A DNA stretch of 64,000 bases from an uncultured virus (IMG/VR IMGVR_UViG_3300035698_005065) (IMGVR_UViG_3300035698_005065), one strand, 5' to 3'; numbered from the stretch's first letter, positions 43,915 through 54,862 are shown. A program made the numbers and translations. The notes: generated by a model from the letters alone, not told the origin.

Positions 43915-45885
43915 ATGATTCCGGATAATTTAGTATTACTAGACCAACCAAGGAGTGGCGTTCCTGACACGCTTGTGGATTTATTTTGTGGAGCGGGCGG
44001 CTCCGGTGGCGGCCTCCTAGAGGCTAACAAAATCCTGAATAGGGACGTCGCCGGGACGTTCGTGAACCATTGGGACGCCGCGATCGACATCCACACCGCG
44101 AATCACCCGGAGCACAGGCACATGCGCGAGGACCTTTTCAAGCTGGACCCGAAGTCTGTGTCGCCACCGTCCCCCGGGTGCTCTCTGATGTGGGCGTCTC
44201 CTAGCTGCCAGCATTTCAGCGTAGCTAAGGGGGCTGCCTGCGTCTCTGAGCAGGAGCGCTCGCACGGCCACTCCGTTTTAGACTGGGTCGACCACGTGCG
44301 TCCAGATTGCCTTATCGTAGAGAACGTCCCCGAGTGGCTCTCGTGGGGACCTACATTACAGAAGCGTCGGAAAGTCCGCCGCGGTAAGGGGGAGCTGATG
44401 TGGGCTAAAAGTAGCAAGCCGGTTCGGCTCCTCCCAAAAGGACACGCCCGTCGCCGGACTCCTAGAGAGGCGGAAGCCTCCTGGTCTTCCCGTATGGAGG
44501 GCTTAGGGTATGCGCCCTACATGGTCCCCGATAAAAGCCGCGCGGGGGAATACTTCTCCGCGTGGGTGTCTGCCCTCACAGAAAAGGGATACACGCTGGA
44601 GTGGCGCATCCTCCGATCGTGCGACTACGGCGACCCGACAATCCGAAGACGTTTGTTTGTGCAGGCCGTCCGAGACGCCTGCGGAAAGACCGCCGTCTGG
44701 CCAGACCCTACGCACGACAAAGGCGGGGAAGTCCCCGGTAAGGTGTGGGCGTGGCCTAGCGCGCGTGACCACGTCATTGACTGGTCGCACCGAGGTCAGA
44801 GCGTATTTACGAGGAAGCGTCCCTTAGCCGACAATACGTTCCGACGCCTTGCGATCGGGTTAGTCAAGTATGGGCTCAAGGAGTTTCTGTCGCCTAACTT
44901 CGGTGAGCGCCCCACGCAGCAGCCTCGCACGCATTCGCTAGAGGCGCCTCTACCTACGGTAACTTCTCATGGAGCTGGAGGGCTGGCGGCCCCTGAGGCC
45001 TACATCCTTCCGAAGGACGCCGGCCACCAGGTTGACTACACTCGCAGCGTCCATATGCCCCTGCAAACACTCACTACAAAATCCCACGAGGTGCTCGTAG
45101 AACCCGCTGTCATACAGCTAAAAGGTGCGTCGACGGCGCAGAGTGTTGACGGACCTCTCACCGCGGTGACGTCGAACCCGGCGCATTACGTCATGCAGCC
45201 CCTGGTTGACCATCTGCGAGGGACTGGAGTGGCCAAGCCAGTTAGTGAGCCGATACCCACCGTAACGTCTTCAGGAAGCCACCAGGCCCTCGCCGAGGCG
45301 TTTATGATGGCTATCGATCAAACGGGAGGAGGTAAAAATCATGGGCGCTACGGAGTTGACTCGCCTGTGCGCACGCTTGTAACGAAAGCGAACGCTTCGT
45401 GCATTGAGCTCGAACTTGATGAACTCCGCGATCGGTTTATGAAGGCTTGCACCCACAAGGGGGTGGACATTTCAAGGGCGTCCACTTTCCTGAGGTTCCT
45501 AATTGCGGAGTTGCACAAGACCGGACGCGTGGATGCTAAGCCCTACATCTACGTTTACTATTCTTCGGGATCGGAAGGATCCGACATCGACCGTCCGCTC
45601 CCGACGTGCCGAACCAAGGCTGGGCACGCCCTGGTCTACCCAGCTATAGAACTCGACGGGAGGCTTATCAGGATAGACCTTTTCTACCGCATGCTGACTA
45701 ATGTGGAGCTTCAAAAAGCAATGGGGTTCCCGGTCGATATGAAGTGGGCCGGAAAGAACAAGACGGAGATCACAAAGGCGATCGGAAACTCCGTCACACA
45801 CGGACTAGCTAGGGCGCTAGGTCTCGCCTGGTATAGTCAAGAATCGAACATCAGACCATTCGTAGAACACATTTACGGAAAGTAA
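43915..45885 (+). CDS. C5 cytosine DNA methyltransferase (orphan, long repeat-containing variable region)
   Basis: DLFCGAGG, SPSCQHFS, VENVPE, RRRLF, AIGNSV; repeated PLxTVT units. Confidence 0.9.
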   Translation: MIPDNLVLLDQPRSGVPDTLVDLFCGAGGSGGGLLEANKILNRDVAGTFVNHWDAAIDIHTANHPEHRHMREDLFKLDPKSVSPPSPGCSLMWASPSCQHFSVAKGAACVSEQERSHGHSVLDWVDHVRPDCLIVENVPEWLSWGPTLQKRRKVRRGKGELMWAKSSKPVRLLPKGHARRRTPREAEASWSSRMEGLGYAPYMVPDKSRAGEYFSAWVSALTEKGYTLEWRILRSCDYGDPTIRRRLFVQAVRDACGKTAVWPDPTHDKGGEVPGKVWAWPSARDHVIDWSHRGQSVFTRKRPLADNTFRRLAIGLVKYGLKEFLSPNFGERPTQQPRTHSLEAPLPTVTSHGAGGLAAPEAYILPKDAGHQVDYTRSVHMPLQTLTTKSHEVLVEPAVIQLKGASTAQSVDGPLTAVTSNPAHYVMQPLVDHLRGTGVAKPVSEPIPTVTSSGSHQALAEAFMMAIDQTGGGKNHGRYGVDSPVRTLVTKANASCIELELDELRDRFMKACTHKGVDISRASTFLRFLIAELHKTGRVDAKPYIYVYYSSGSEGSDIDRPLPTCRTKAGHALVYPAIELDGRLIRIDLFYRMLTNVELQKAMGFPVDMKWAGKNKTEITKAIGNSVTHGLARALGLAWYSQESNIRPFVEHIYGK

Positions 45886-45997
45886 TAATATGCAAAAAGA
45901 AAAAATATCTGAATGGCCCGGGACGCTCGCTCCGGGTCTGAGGCGTATAACGACGCCTTCAAAGAGTTCGGCGAACGCTACAAGTGGGAGGGGGCGC

Positions 45998-46756
45998 ATG
46001 AGTAATCAACGAAGAATATTCTTCACTTCAGACACCCACTTTCTACACGGCAACATCATCAAGACGCGGCCGCGATACGAGACTCTGGAGGCTATGACCG
46101 AGACCTACATTGATCGGTGGAACTCGCAGGTGCGACCCCAGGACTTTGTCTACCACCTCGGGGATTTTGCTTTGTCTTGGGGTAAGAAGAAAAGCGCCGA
46201 TCCTATCTCTAGAATACTGGGACGCCTAGCTGGACATAAACACCTCATCAAAGGTAATCACGATCGCGATGAGGTAACCAAGAATGACGCGTGGGTGTGG
46301 GTCAAAGACTACCACGAACTCAAGATCGACATCGGGGGAGAGCATAAGCAGCGCATCGTGCTGTGTCACTACCCCATCAGGTCCTGGAACCAACTCGCCC
46401 GAGGCGCCTGGATGCTCCACGGGCACTGCCACAACAACCTCCCAGACACGGGCGGTAAGATACTGGATATCGGCGTTGACCGCTGGGGAGGACCTATACC
46501 ACTGCACATCGTGAAGTGGTACATGGAAGAACGACCGATCGCATTCGAAGATCATCACACCCCGGCGACCGATGAGATTAAGATCGAAAGTTCCGACCAG
46601 GGTATGCGAGAGGCAACAGACGCCCTCATAAGCGAGATTGGATTTTTCGGAAATCACCCGCTTTACACGAGGCCTGATTGGGTGGCGGAGGCTGTCGCCG
46701 GAGACACGGCCCTGGGCTACTGGCAGTGGGTAGTCCACCAAGCCGAGGCTGAATAG
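45998..46756 (+). CDS. calcineurin-like metallophosphoesterase with extra C-terminal domain
   Basis: FTSDTHF, HLGDF, KGNHD, LCHYP, LHGHCH. Confidence 0.85.
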   Translation: MSNQRRIFFTSDTHFLHGNIIKTRPRYETLEAMTETYIDRWNSQVRPQDFVYHLGDFALSWGKKKSADPISRILGRLAGHKHLIKGNHDRDEVTKNDAWVWVKDYHELKIDIGGEHKQRIVLCHYPIRSWNQLARGAWMLHGHCHNNLPDTGGKILDIGVDRWGGPIPLHIVKWYMEERPIAFEDHHTPATDEIKIESSDQGMREATDALISEIGFFGNHPLYTRPDWVAEAVAGDTALGYWQWVVHQAEAE

Positions 46757-46762
46757 AAAATC

Positions 46763-46794
46763 AAGAGGGCCGACTAAGACGTCGGCTCTCTTTT
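46763..46794 (+). terminator. rho-independent terminator
   Basis: AAGAGGGCCGAC-loop-GTCGGCTCTCTTTT. Confidence 0.7.
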
Positions 46795-46799
46795 ACAAA

Positions 46800-47162
46800 A
46801 TGAAAACCAAAGTTTATCAAGCGACGGCAGACATCGGATACGTCGCCCCTCACTTTGCAGATACGGACAGGGCTTCCATCGAGGTCGCGATCGCTACGCT
46901 GTGCCGAGACGACTGGACGTCCGCAGTCTGGGAAGACGGCGAGCCGCCGCCTAAGATGCCGGAGTCCGACAGGGACGTGATACGCACCTACTTCGATCCC
47001 AGAGAATCCTCGAGGACTCTCACGTGGCACATTACCGAGCTGGAGATACCAGACCTTACGAAGATGATAAGTCTGGTTAAGGATTACCTCAAAAACAACG
47101 ACGCCAGATCTCGCGAAGCAGTGATCCGGAAAATACAAGAAATCGAAACAAAATCAAAATGA
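46800..47162 (+). CDS. hypothetical protein
   Basis: 120-aa ORF. Confidence 0.65.
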   Translation: MKTKVYQATADIGYVAPHFADTDRASIEVAIATLCRDDWTSAVWEDGEPPPKMPESDRDVIRTYFDPRESSRTLTWHITELEIPDLTKMISLVKDYLKNNDARSREAVIRKIQEIETKSK

Positions 47163-47443
47163 ACTTAATTGAAATTCAACAAGGCTGCGCGAAGCGCGGA
47201 TTGTCATTCCAACACCTCGCCGTGGTTTCTGCCCTAAGAGAACACGGCCCTTTAGCGATGGCCGGAATCGCCGCGAAGATCCTCATAACATCGGCCGGGG
47301 CCACGAGCCTGGTCGACACCATGGAGAGTCTAGGACTCGTCAAGCGAAAGGTCGACGCCCATGATCGCCGCAAAGTTAACGTGACCGCGACCAAGAAGGC
47401 CCTGAGGCATCTGGATTACATCCTCAACTGTAAAAAGAAATGA
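47159..47443 (+). CDS. MarR-family winged-helix regulator
   Basis: ATSLVDTMESLGLVKRKVDAHDRR. Confidence 0.8.
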   Translation: MNLIEIQQGCAKRGLSFQHLAVVSALREHGPLAMAGIAAKILITSAGATSLVDTMESLGLVKRKVDAHDRRKVNVTATKKALRHLDYILNCKKK

Positions 47444-47859
47444 AGAGATTTAAACCGCTTCAAGACGTCGCCGGGAAAAGTTACGCTTACTGCGATCCCA
47501 GAGCCAAGAACCTCCTACACCGGAGAGCCAGATCTTTCCTTAAGGAACTCGCGGACGAGCTACGACTCGACCCTTACGACATCAGTAGTAACAAGGCGGG
47601 CGTAGCGTGCTCCGGGGAGATTACTCTGAGAGCCCCGACTCTCCATGTGTGGGTCCAAGAAGCGTGCACATCTCCGGATGACCTCATTATCGTCATCCGG
47701 GGCGTGCGAGGCCCTAAGGACTACGAAGGTCTTCAGAACCGACAGATGCGCGTTAGCCGAGCAGGCGCGCGGGCAATTGTCGCGGCGTGTCGCAACGCTA
47801 TCGAGCAATCTTTAGCGCACCAAGCTGCGGCGGACCCCTTATCTAGCACGGCCGGTTAG
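47440..47859 (+). CDS. hypothetical phage protein
   Basis: SNKAGVACSGEITL..KDYEGLQN. Confidence 0.65.
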   Translation: MKRFKPLQDVAGKSYAYCDPRAKNLLHRRARSFLKELADELRLDPYDISSNKAGVACSGEITLRAPTLHVWVQEACTSPDDLIIVIRGVRGPKDYEGLQNRQMRVSRAGARAIVAACRNAIEQSLAHQAAADPLSSTAG

Positions 47860-47886
47860 GCCGTTAAAAACTCTACCACCAACAAA

Positions 47887-48576
47887 ATGATAAATATTAA
47901 AGCAAACAAAAAAGTCAGAAGCCTGAAATCAAGAAGGCACGTCTTAGCGTGCCTCCTAGAAATAACGCCCGACGCCGCCGCTGGCGCAACAATTAAAATC
48001 GACGGACCGGGATACGATGTCGTCGCCGGATCGTGGGAGGTGCGGTTTCACCGCGCACCGCTGTCGGAGATGGGCGATTTTTTGAATTTGCGAAACTTTG
48101 AGTGTCCTCATTTAGAATTTCTCGCGGCCCGCCGCATCGTAAGAGACGAGGCCGAATGGGAGATCCAGACGCGACCCTTCACCGGCCTAGTTCGTGAGGT
48201 GGGTGATCCAGCCCAGTCGACCACGTTTGTGGAGGTCGTAAACGCCGCAGACGCCTACGAAGCTGCGTTTCTTCTGGCACAAAGGTGCGCGCATGCGTGG
48301 TCTATGGAACCGGAGGACGTCGAATGTTTCGGGGTTTTCGAGGGCGCATGCTCCGTGTCTATCTGGGACGACGAAGGCATCAGGCTACCGAAGCCCGAGC
48401 AGCCGAAACCCGCCACGCGAAAGGTCGTTGTGACTAGCCGCGTCGAGATAGAGGTCCCTTCTGAAATGTCGGACGAACTCGTCAACACTGATATCCTAGG
48501 CGAATTAGGCGACGCATACAACAAGATCGGGGCTCGTGTAATATCCTCAGACCTCGGCGGGGTGAGCACACCTTAG
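47887..48576 (+). CDS. hypothetical protein
   Basis: 229-aa ORF, A-rich leader. Confidence 0.65.
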   Translation: MINIKANKKVRSLKSRRHVLACLLEITPDAAAGATIKIDGPGYDVVAGSWEVRFHRAPLSEMGDFLNLRNFECPHLEFLAARRIVRDEAEWEIQTRPFTGLVREVGDPAQSTTFVEVVNAADAYEAAFLLAQRCAHAWSMEPEDVECFGVFEGACSVSIWDDEGIRLPKPEQPKPATRKVVVTSRVEIEVPSEMSDELVNTDILGELGDAYNKIGARVISSDLGGVSTP

Positions 48577-48580
48577 CAGC

Positions 48581-49246
48581 ATGATGAAAATACTTAAATA
48601 CGTCGTCAGAGGCGGCAAGAGAATCTACCCAGCCACTGGTGCGGGCTTCGGAGATTGGGACTCAAAGTGGACCGACGGGAAAGATCCGCATTACGATTAT
48701 CAATCCCCGGTGTGGTCGGGACCTTTTAAACATATGCGTTGCGACAGGCAGGCCAAGCATACCCTGAGAGTCCCCAGGACTCATGAGGTCATAGAAATAG
48801 GACTTGTCACGACTATCTTACCCTATCGGAGTAAAGGCGTCACTCGGTGTTACACGCTGACTCCGTCTCGTGGCCTCTCCATGAAACTCACCCCCTGTTT
48901 CGTCGACACGAAGTCGGGGTTGCACGGGAAAACGGAGAGGTCCTTGCGGGCGGCCATTAAGCGCCATCGTCTCGCCAATATTAGAGCGTGGGCGTGGTAT
49001 AGGTTTAAGAAGCTGACCACGGCAGAAGTTGAGGCAAAGCTCCGATCCAATACTCGGAGGGTGACCTTGAGTATGGCGTCAGCCTCCGTTGGTAATTGCG
49101 CGGCCGGGACGAAATCTTTTTGTGGTGATATCGGCCTGGACCCGAGCCGCAAGGCGCGTGCCGGTGCTGTATACCGCCTCGCTAAGATGAAAGGACTACA
49201 CAACAACACATACTTCAGACGCGCGGCCTTGGCGGCGCTTTATTAA
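48581..49246 (+). CDS. hypothetical basic protein
   Basis: GNCAAGTKSFC motif. Confidence 0.65.
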   Translation: MMKILKYVVRGGKRIYPATGAGFGDWDSKWTDGKDPHYDYQSPVWSGPFKHMRCDRQAKHTLRVPRTHEVIEIGLVTTILPYRSKGVTRCYTLTPSRGLSMKLTPCFVDTKSGLHGKTERSLRAAIKRHRLANIRAWAWYRFKKLTTAEVEAKLRSNTRRVTLSMASASVGNCAAGTKSFCGDIGLDPSRKARAGAVYRLAKMKGLHNNTYFRRAALAALY

Positions 49247-49276
49247 GATGAAAAATAAACGAAAACAACAACAACG

Positions 49277-51418
49277 ATGAAAGCTAAAATAATCAAAGAC
49301 AGAGAAGAACTCCTCACGAAGGCCGCCGCCGCCTACCACAACGGCGCATCAACCGACGGTATGACCGACGCGGTGTGGGACAAGCACTGGAGGGAGCACG
49401 CCGCCGCACGCGCAGAGAATCCAGACGACCCGGTGTGGGAGTGCACGATCCTAGATAAAGTAGGAGCAGTTTCGACATCCGGATCTAAGGTGCGCCACTC
49501 CGAGCCTATGCTGTCACTCGACAACGTATTCGTAGGGGAGAACGACAGCATCACCGAGCTGCTGGCGTGGCTACTATCCAAGCGTAATTCGCTCGGGATG
49601 TGCGCCATCGTGGCGGAGCCCAAGATCGACGGACTCAGCGTCCGTCTGACTTACGTGGACGGTCATCTAAAATTAGCAGCCACTAGGGGTGACGGGTTCT
49701 ACGGGGAAGACGTCACCGCCAACGTGCGCGCGGGCAAGCTGGTCCCCCTTCATATGAATGTGGCGCCGGCGTCGGGTAACACTACCGAGGTGGGCGGCGA
49801 GGTCTTTATGGCCTACGATGTACTCGCAGCGTTGAACAAGGTGCGGGTAGCCGCAGGCGATCCCCCATACGCCAACCCCCGAAACGCCGCCGCCGGCATC
49901 CTACGGCGCAGCGACCCCTCGGAGGCGCATCACTTGAGCTTCCTAGCACACGGAGTCGTAGACCTAGAGGGGGGATCATACTCGGCAGCAGCCCAGCGAC
50001 TCGACGGCATGAGGTTCGTCCCGCGTCGGAGATTTTTGGGTTCGCTGGAGGAGTTGGAGGGGCGCCTTGGATCTTCTCTGTTCGAGCACCTGTTCGGATC
50101 CTTTGGTTCATGGATCCCCACGGACGGTCTCGTGTTCAAGCTGGACGGCGCCGCCGAGCGCGCGCTGATGGGCGAGACGTCGCGCGCGCCGCGGTGGGCT
50201 GTCGCTCTCAAGTTCAAGCAAGAGCAGGTCGAGACGACACTAAACGCGATCACCGTGCAGGTCGGACGGACAGGAACGCTGACACCGGTTGGGGAACTCG
50301 ACCCGGTGGAGGTTGATGGGTCTGTCGTCTCGCGCGTCACGCTCCACAACGAGGACCAGGTCAACCGACTAAATCTCTGCGTGGGAGACCGCGTCGTCAT
50401 TCAGAAAGCTGGGGGTGTCATCCCGCAGTTGGTTGAGTCTGTGACTCACCGCGAGATCGAATCGAAGAAAGGCGAAATTCGCCCTCCGTTCTCGCTTCTC
50501 GGGCACGTCGGCGGAAAGTGTCCGCGTTGCGGGTCTGCTGACGTGGGACTGCGTATGAATGCGGATAAGAGTTCCGATAAGCGTGGGACACTCGCTTCCT
50601 ACGCGTGTTTGGATCCGTCGTGCTCAGCGCAGATGGCTGCGCGCATCGAGCACATGGCGTCACGCGCGTGCCTCGACCTCGACATGCTCGGAGGCGAGGC
50701 GGCCGTAGCGGTCGCCGCCTTACGCATCCCGCACCCATTCACCGTCCTCCTTTGGCCGGATACTCTCTTCGCTAGCCTTACCTGGCCGACGCAATCAGGG
50801 GGTAAGATGACGATGGGTAAGTCGCGTGGGCAGAAGGTGTATCAAGCCATACAGCGCGCCAGCGAACTGCCCCTGAGTCGGTGGCTGGCGTCTCTGGGAA
50901 TACCAGCGGTCGGTAAGAACACGTCGAAGGAGATTAGCCGATTATGCAGGACACGCGAGGACGTCATCCTGGCATGCGTATCTCCTACCGGGCTGTTCAA
51001 GGCTATGCTCGACGACGAAGCCACCTTCAGTGCAACCAAGGCGACGTTCGGTATCAGCCACCACCTAGGACCCGTCTCGGTCCGCAAGCTCGTGGAGTTC
51101 TGCGGTGACGTCGTCAACCGAGACTACATGCGCGCCATCCCGGATAGCGTCGTCTCTGACAACTACGACCCTTTACCGTCCGAACCTTCGGGAGCGCTGG
51201 CCGGAAAAACGTTTGTAGTCACCGGCACGCTCAGCGAGTCTAGGTCTGTGATTCAGAAGTGGATAACGGACGCGGGCGGCACGGCAGGAAGCAGCGTCTC
51301 CAAAAAGACTGACTACTTAGTGGCCGGTGAAAAGGCTGGGTCTAAACTGAAGAAGGCCAATGACCTTGGTGTAGCAGTCTTAACGGAGGACGACCTCAAA
51401 GCCCTGATAGGGTCATGA
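49277..51418 (+). CDS. ligA: NAD-dependent DNA ligase
   Basis: MLSLDN, EPKIDG, TRGDG..GEDVT, NPRNAAAG, QVGRTG, TLHN, Zn finger, BRCT (FVVTGTL..SVSKKTDYLVAG). Confidence 0.95.
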   Translation: MKAKIIKDREELLTKAAAAYHNGASTDGMTDAVWDKHWREHAAARAENPDDPVWECTILDKVGAVSTSGSKVRHSEPMLSLDNVFVGENDSITELLAWLLSKRNSLGMCAIVAEPKIDGLSVRLTYVDGHLKLAATRGDGFYGEDVTANVRAGKLVPLHMNVAPASGNTTEVGGEVFMAYDVLAALNKVRVAAGDPPYANPRNAAAGILRRSDPSEAHHLSFLAHGVVDLEGGSYSAAAQRLDGMRFVPRRRFLGSLEELEGRLGSSLFEHLFGSFGSWIPTDGLVFKLDGAAERALMGETSRAPRWAVALKFKQEQVETTLNAITVQVGRTGTLTPVGELDPVEVDGSVVSRVTLHNEDQVNRLNLCVGDRVVIQKAGGVIPQLVESVTHREIESKKGEIRPPFSLLGHVGGKCPRCGSADVGLRMNADKSSDKRGTLASYACLDPSCSAQMAARIEHMASRACLDLDMLGGEAAVAVAALRIPHPFTVLLWPDTLFASLTWPTQSGGKMTMGKSRGQKVYQAIQRASELPLSRWLASLGIPAVGKNTSKEISRLCRTREDVILACVSPTGLFKAMLDDEATFSATKATFGISHHLGPVSVRKLVEFCGDVVNRDYMRAIPDSVVSDNYDPLPSEPSGALAGKTFVVTGTLSESRSVIQKWITDAGGTAGSSVSKKTDYLVAGEKAGSKLKKANDLGVAVLTEDDLKALIGS

Positions 51419-51723
51419 AGTGCGCCGCCTGCGGAAGCCCCATCATCCTTGCGCCGTCCGCTACCGAGCGGGCGGCGCGTTATGGGGGGAAGGCCTCCGA
51501 CTACTCGAAACTTTTCACGACGTGCACGCCGTGCCATATAAAATCTTGGTATCCAACAAGAACGAGAGTGGAAGTCAGAGAACTCCCGCCTATAATGCAG
51601 AACCTAGAAATGTTGAGAATGCGCCAGCGCGTGTGCAAGGCTTACGGGGCGGAAGGAGGATCTAGAGAGGTGGCTGAAAGGGTCAACGGTATGACCGAAG
51701 AAGAGCTAGCATTGTGGCTTTAA
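51415..51723 (+). CDS. small zinc-finger protein
   Basis: CAAC..CTPC. Confidence 0.6.
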   Translation: MKCAACGSPIILAPSATERAARYGGKASDYSKLFTTCTPCHIKSWYPTRTRVEVRELPPIMQNLEMLRMRQRVCKAYGAEGGSREVAERVNGMTEEELALWL

Positions 51724-51782
51724 GACGCCCCTCCTGCTCTTGGGCAGCCGACGAATACGACAAATTAAATAAACGAACCAAC

Positions 51783-52109
51783 ATGAACATACAACGATTG
51801 AGAAACCTGACGACTGGCCGCCTCCACACCGAGATGCAGCACGTGTATAAAGATCTTGAAACCATTACGGGCGGTGAAGGTCTGATGACCCACATGCTGC
51901 CCCGCGTCATCGAAGCGGTCAGGCCATGGCTGCGCGATAACGTCACTGATCTACGCTTCTGGGACGCGGCGCATGACACGACGCACACAGGAGAGGTGGA
52001 CCTGCCAGTGTCAACCAAAGACGAGAGAGCCGCGATGCTGGAACGCTACGCGGCGTTAAGCGAAGGAACCGCGCAGAAGGCGCCCGCAACCGACAAAGAA
52101 ACAGAATGA
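51783..52109 (+). CDS. hypothetical phage protein
   Basis: TTGRLHT..LMTHMLPR. Confidence 0.65.
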   Translation: MNIQRLRNLTTGRLHTEMQHVYKDLETITGGEGLMTHMLPRVIEAVRPWLRDNVTDLRFWDAAHDTTHTGEVDLPVSTKDERAAMLERYAALSEGTAQKAPATDKETE

Positions 52110-52906
52110 AATCATTACACATAGTCACAACCTTAAACGGAGACCTGGAGAACGCTGCCACTTCTGCGCACTCAAGCTACCACGCAGCCATGGACGCCGT
52201 CCGCAGGGCCCTCACGCTAGACCCGGGCGACCCGCTGCCTGAAGTTTTCCGCGAACCTGACCGCGCGCAAGGGAGTCTGACCTACACCGGGGACCCTAGC
52301 GGCACCTGCGTCGTATACACCGTCACGCAGCCGCCCCCGGCGGTTACCGATCTTCCGTCGTTCGAGGACCTTAAGGGACTGTCGCCGTTGAATCGTAACA
52401 AGGAGGGCTTCATCGTATTGCAGCAGGCCTTGAAACATGGGCGCGTGTTGATGACTCCTACGACCCTCCGCGCTTCAGCGGAGGAGGTCTCAACTCTCTG
52501 TGTCATCACTGACGCGCCGGACGGTAAGGGCCAAGTGCACATCCCCATCGCTGTGATGCTGACGGGTGACCCATTCGTCCTAGTCGGAGCTACGAACGAC
52601 GATAAAGCGGAAAGCCCCGTCGAGCAGGGACACGGCACGCCGTGGCCCACGTTCTACTTCGCCGGGGATCTCTTTTCCGGCGAAGTGTCTGACGTCGAGA
52701 CATTGCGCGCGTGGGTTGACGCCTATGATCTGGCAAGCGAGGATGACTTGGTCCAGTTAATTTCAGGAGTCGGTAGGATTCCTGGGACGGACGCGCCCAA
52801 GTTTGGGGCGCGCTGGGGGGGAGACGCTGCTGCCACACTCCTTACTTACCTGAGGAAAGCTGGCGTTTATGAATTCCTCGTGCACTTCGTCACGAATCGC
52901 CCGTAA
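52106..52906 (+). CDS. hypothetical protein
   Basis: ATGA-coupled 266-aa ORF. Confidence 0.65.
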   Translation: MKSLHIVTTLNGDLENAATSAHSSYHAAMDAVRRALTLDPGDPLPEVFREPDRAQGSLTYTGDPSGTCVVYTVTQPPPAVTDLPSFEDLKGLSPLNRNKEGFIVLQQALKHGRVLMTPTTLRASAEEVSTLCVITDAPDGKGQVHIPIAVMLTGDPFVLVGATNDDKAESPVEQGHGTPWPTFYFAGDLFSGEVSDVETLRAWVDAYDLASEDDLVQLISGVGRIPGTDAPKFGARWGGDAAATLLTYLRKAGVYEFLVHFVTNRP

Positions 52907-52908
52907 CT

Positions 52909-53442
52909 ATGAGCGAATATTACGCACTAGAGATGGCGCCCGACCGTCCCGACGACCACTTCGAGAACGGGATTGGGTCGGTCGGCAGTTTCCGTGAGAT
53001 GATACGCTTACGGGACGCCTACCGTGCGCTCGGAGGTCTTTCGGACCCTGACTCTTGCCGCGTCGAAGCCATCACATCGTGCGGTCTGACTTTAGGTGCC
53101 GAGGACACGATGTTACTGCTGGAAATGGATCACGTCCTTCTCGAGGCGATGCTGGGCGTGGAAGATCGCACCCGCGGGCATAGCGCGAAGGATGAGCTGG
53201 CGTCCAAGCGTGCTTCCTTCTTTCGTAGCAAGGCGCGCGAGGCGCTGATCGCCTACGTTACGCAATGCGTGACGCCGGTGAGTCTACGAAGGTTGGATCG
53301 TCACGGTTACGTGCTGGTGGAATTCTACTTGAAGCGCTACGCGTTGTTCAACGCGGATCCGCTTGCGGCCCCGACCGAAGAAACCCTGTCTCCGGTCAAC
53401 CCGAAGTTGGCCGCCAAACTCAAAGAAATATGTCAAAAATAA
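52909..53442 (+). CDS. hypothetical protein
   Basis: 177-aa ORF. Confidence 0.6.
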   Translation: MSEYYALEMAPDRPDDHFENGIGSVGSFREMIRLRDAYRALGGLSDPDSCRVEAITSCGLTLGAEDTMLLLEMDHVLLEAMLGVEDRTRGHSAKDELASKRASFFRSKAREALIAYVTQCVTPVSLRRLDRHGYVLVEFYLKRYALFNADPLAAPTEETLSPVNPKLAAKLKEICQK

Positions 53443-53984
53443 CCATACCACCCGCCCTCTCTTCCGAAACCGTGATGCGAGAGGAAGGCTGGCTCACCCT
53501 GCGCGAGCTGCTCGACTCATCCCCTGCCATTGCTGACGCGATGCGATTAATCTCCGAGGAGGACTACCTATACCTCTACGAAGAGCTGGAGGGGTCCGGC
53601 GCGGAGTTCTTCAATCAGGAGCTGCGCGAGTTTAGCAACGCATCCGACTGGTCCGATCTTCACGAGCAATCAGGCGTCCCGTATTACCCTCTTGGCTGGG
53701 GCATACCCACCGAGGTGCCTGTTAGCGTTGCGGACATTCTACGTGGGTTGAGAAACCTCATGCATGCGCTACTCACCCGGTCCCATCAACCCCTGCCGGC
53801 CTACGGATTCAACCTGTTCGTCGGTGACGCTTCGTCCCGCCGTATCACGCTGCCGCAAGACTGCGCGTTAGTGCGAGAGTTCGTAGGCGACGGGAGACAC
53901 GCCGCCGACTTTAAGAATTACCTGTCTGACTCCCACGACGTCGTGCTCTACCAGCACAAGGTTATCCTTGTCCCAAACAGGTGA
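53430..53984 (+). CDS. hypothetical protein
   Basis: overlapping ORF with A-rich leader. Confidence 0.6.
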   Translation: MSKITIPPALSSETVMREEGWLTLRELLDSSPAIADAMRLISEEDYLYLYEELEGSGAEFFNQELREFSNASDWSDLHEQSGVPYYPLGWGIPTEVPVSVADILRGLRNLMHALLTRSHQPLPAYGFNLFVGDASSRRITLPQDCALVREFVGDGRHAADFKNYLSDSHDVVLYQHKVILVPNR

Positions 53985-54004
53985 ATCAATAACGTCGACC
54001 AGTC

Positions 54005-54640
54005 ATGAAAACTGTTATAATAATGGATACGGAAACTACGGGCAGGCTAGAGAGCGACCCGCACATCGTCCAGATCGCGCTGCAGACTATAGCCTACTCG
54101 AAGACGGATTCGCCGGTCCTCATCCAAGAGAGGATGGCGATTTTGCGATGCCCAATCCCAATACCGAGCGGGGCAATGCGTGTTCACGGCATCTCTGATG
54201 TTGCGGCGTCTCGGGGCTTCCCCGCCGCCGCTGTGCTTAAGTGGGTCGCCGGACAGGCCCAGCACGCTGACCTTCTGGTGTGTCACAACCTGAGATACGA
54301 CCAGCCCGTCGTGGACGCCAACTTAAAACGGCTCGACAATCACGGACCGTGCGAGTGGAAGTCCACCTACTGCACAATGCTGGGGTCGAAGGACCTCTGC
54401 AAACTACCAGGTAAGTATGACGATTACAAATGGCCCGGATTAGCCGAGGCGCTTAAGATCCTGTGCGGGCACGACCTCCAGGGCGCGCACGACGCGCTCG
54501 CTGACGTCCGCGGCACGCGTGTCTTACTGGACTACCTGGTGGACGCTGGCGCCGTCCCAGAGCTGAAAGGCTACATCGGAAGCACGCCTAGCGTTAAACC
54601 CCTAGAGGGCGAGGACTACGCGCCTCCCTTAGTCCCGTAG
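54005..54640 (+). CDS. DEDDh 3'-5' exonuclease (DnaQ-like)
   Basis: MDTETTG, CHNLRYD, AHDALADV. Confidence 0.9.
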   Translation: MKTVIIMDTETTGRLESDPHIVQIALQTIAYSKTDSPVLIQERMAILRCPIPIPSGAMRVHGISDVAASRGFPAAAVLKWVAGQAQHADLLVCHNLRYDQPVVDANLKRLDNHGPCEWKSTYCTMLGSKDLCKLPGKYDDYKWPGLAEALKILCGHDLQGAHDALADVRGTRVLLDYLVDAGAVPELKGYIGSTPSVKPLEGEDYAPPLVP

Positions 54641-54661
54641 CGGGACTTAGCAATTCGACGA

Positions 54662-54694
54662 GAAACAGGGCGTCCCGCTAGGTCGCCCTGTTTC
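54662..54694 (+). terminator. hairpin / terminator
   Basis: GAAACAGGGCG..CGCCCTGTTTC. Confidence 0.55.
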
Positions 54695-54862
54695 ATTTAA
54701 CGATAACAAAATGAATTCAAATAAACAATATAAACCAATCAAAGCCGCCGTGTCTCAGGGATACCTAACCAAGGTCGGGCGCTACTTCGACGGACTCAAG
54801 CGGGAAACTCTCGCGCCGACGTGGTGGGTGGAGTCTCGTCTTACCGTAGTCGGAGGTGCTAA

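Noticed and set aside
43915..46756. Restriction-modification system
   Set aside because: No restriction endonuclease is recognisable next to the methyltransferase; the neighbour is a metallophosphoesterase.
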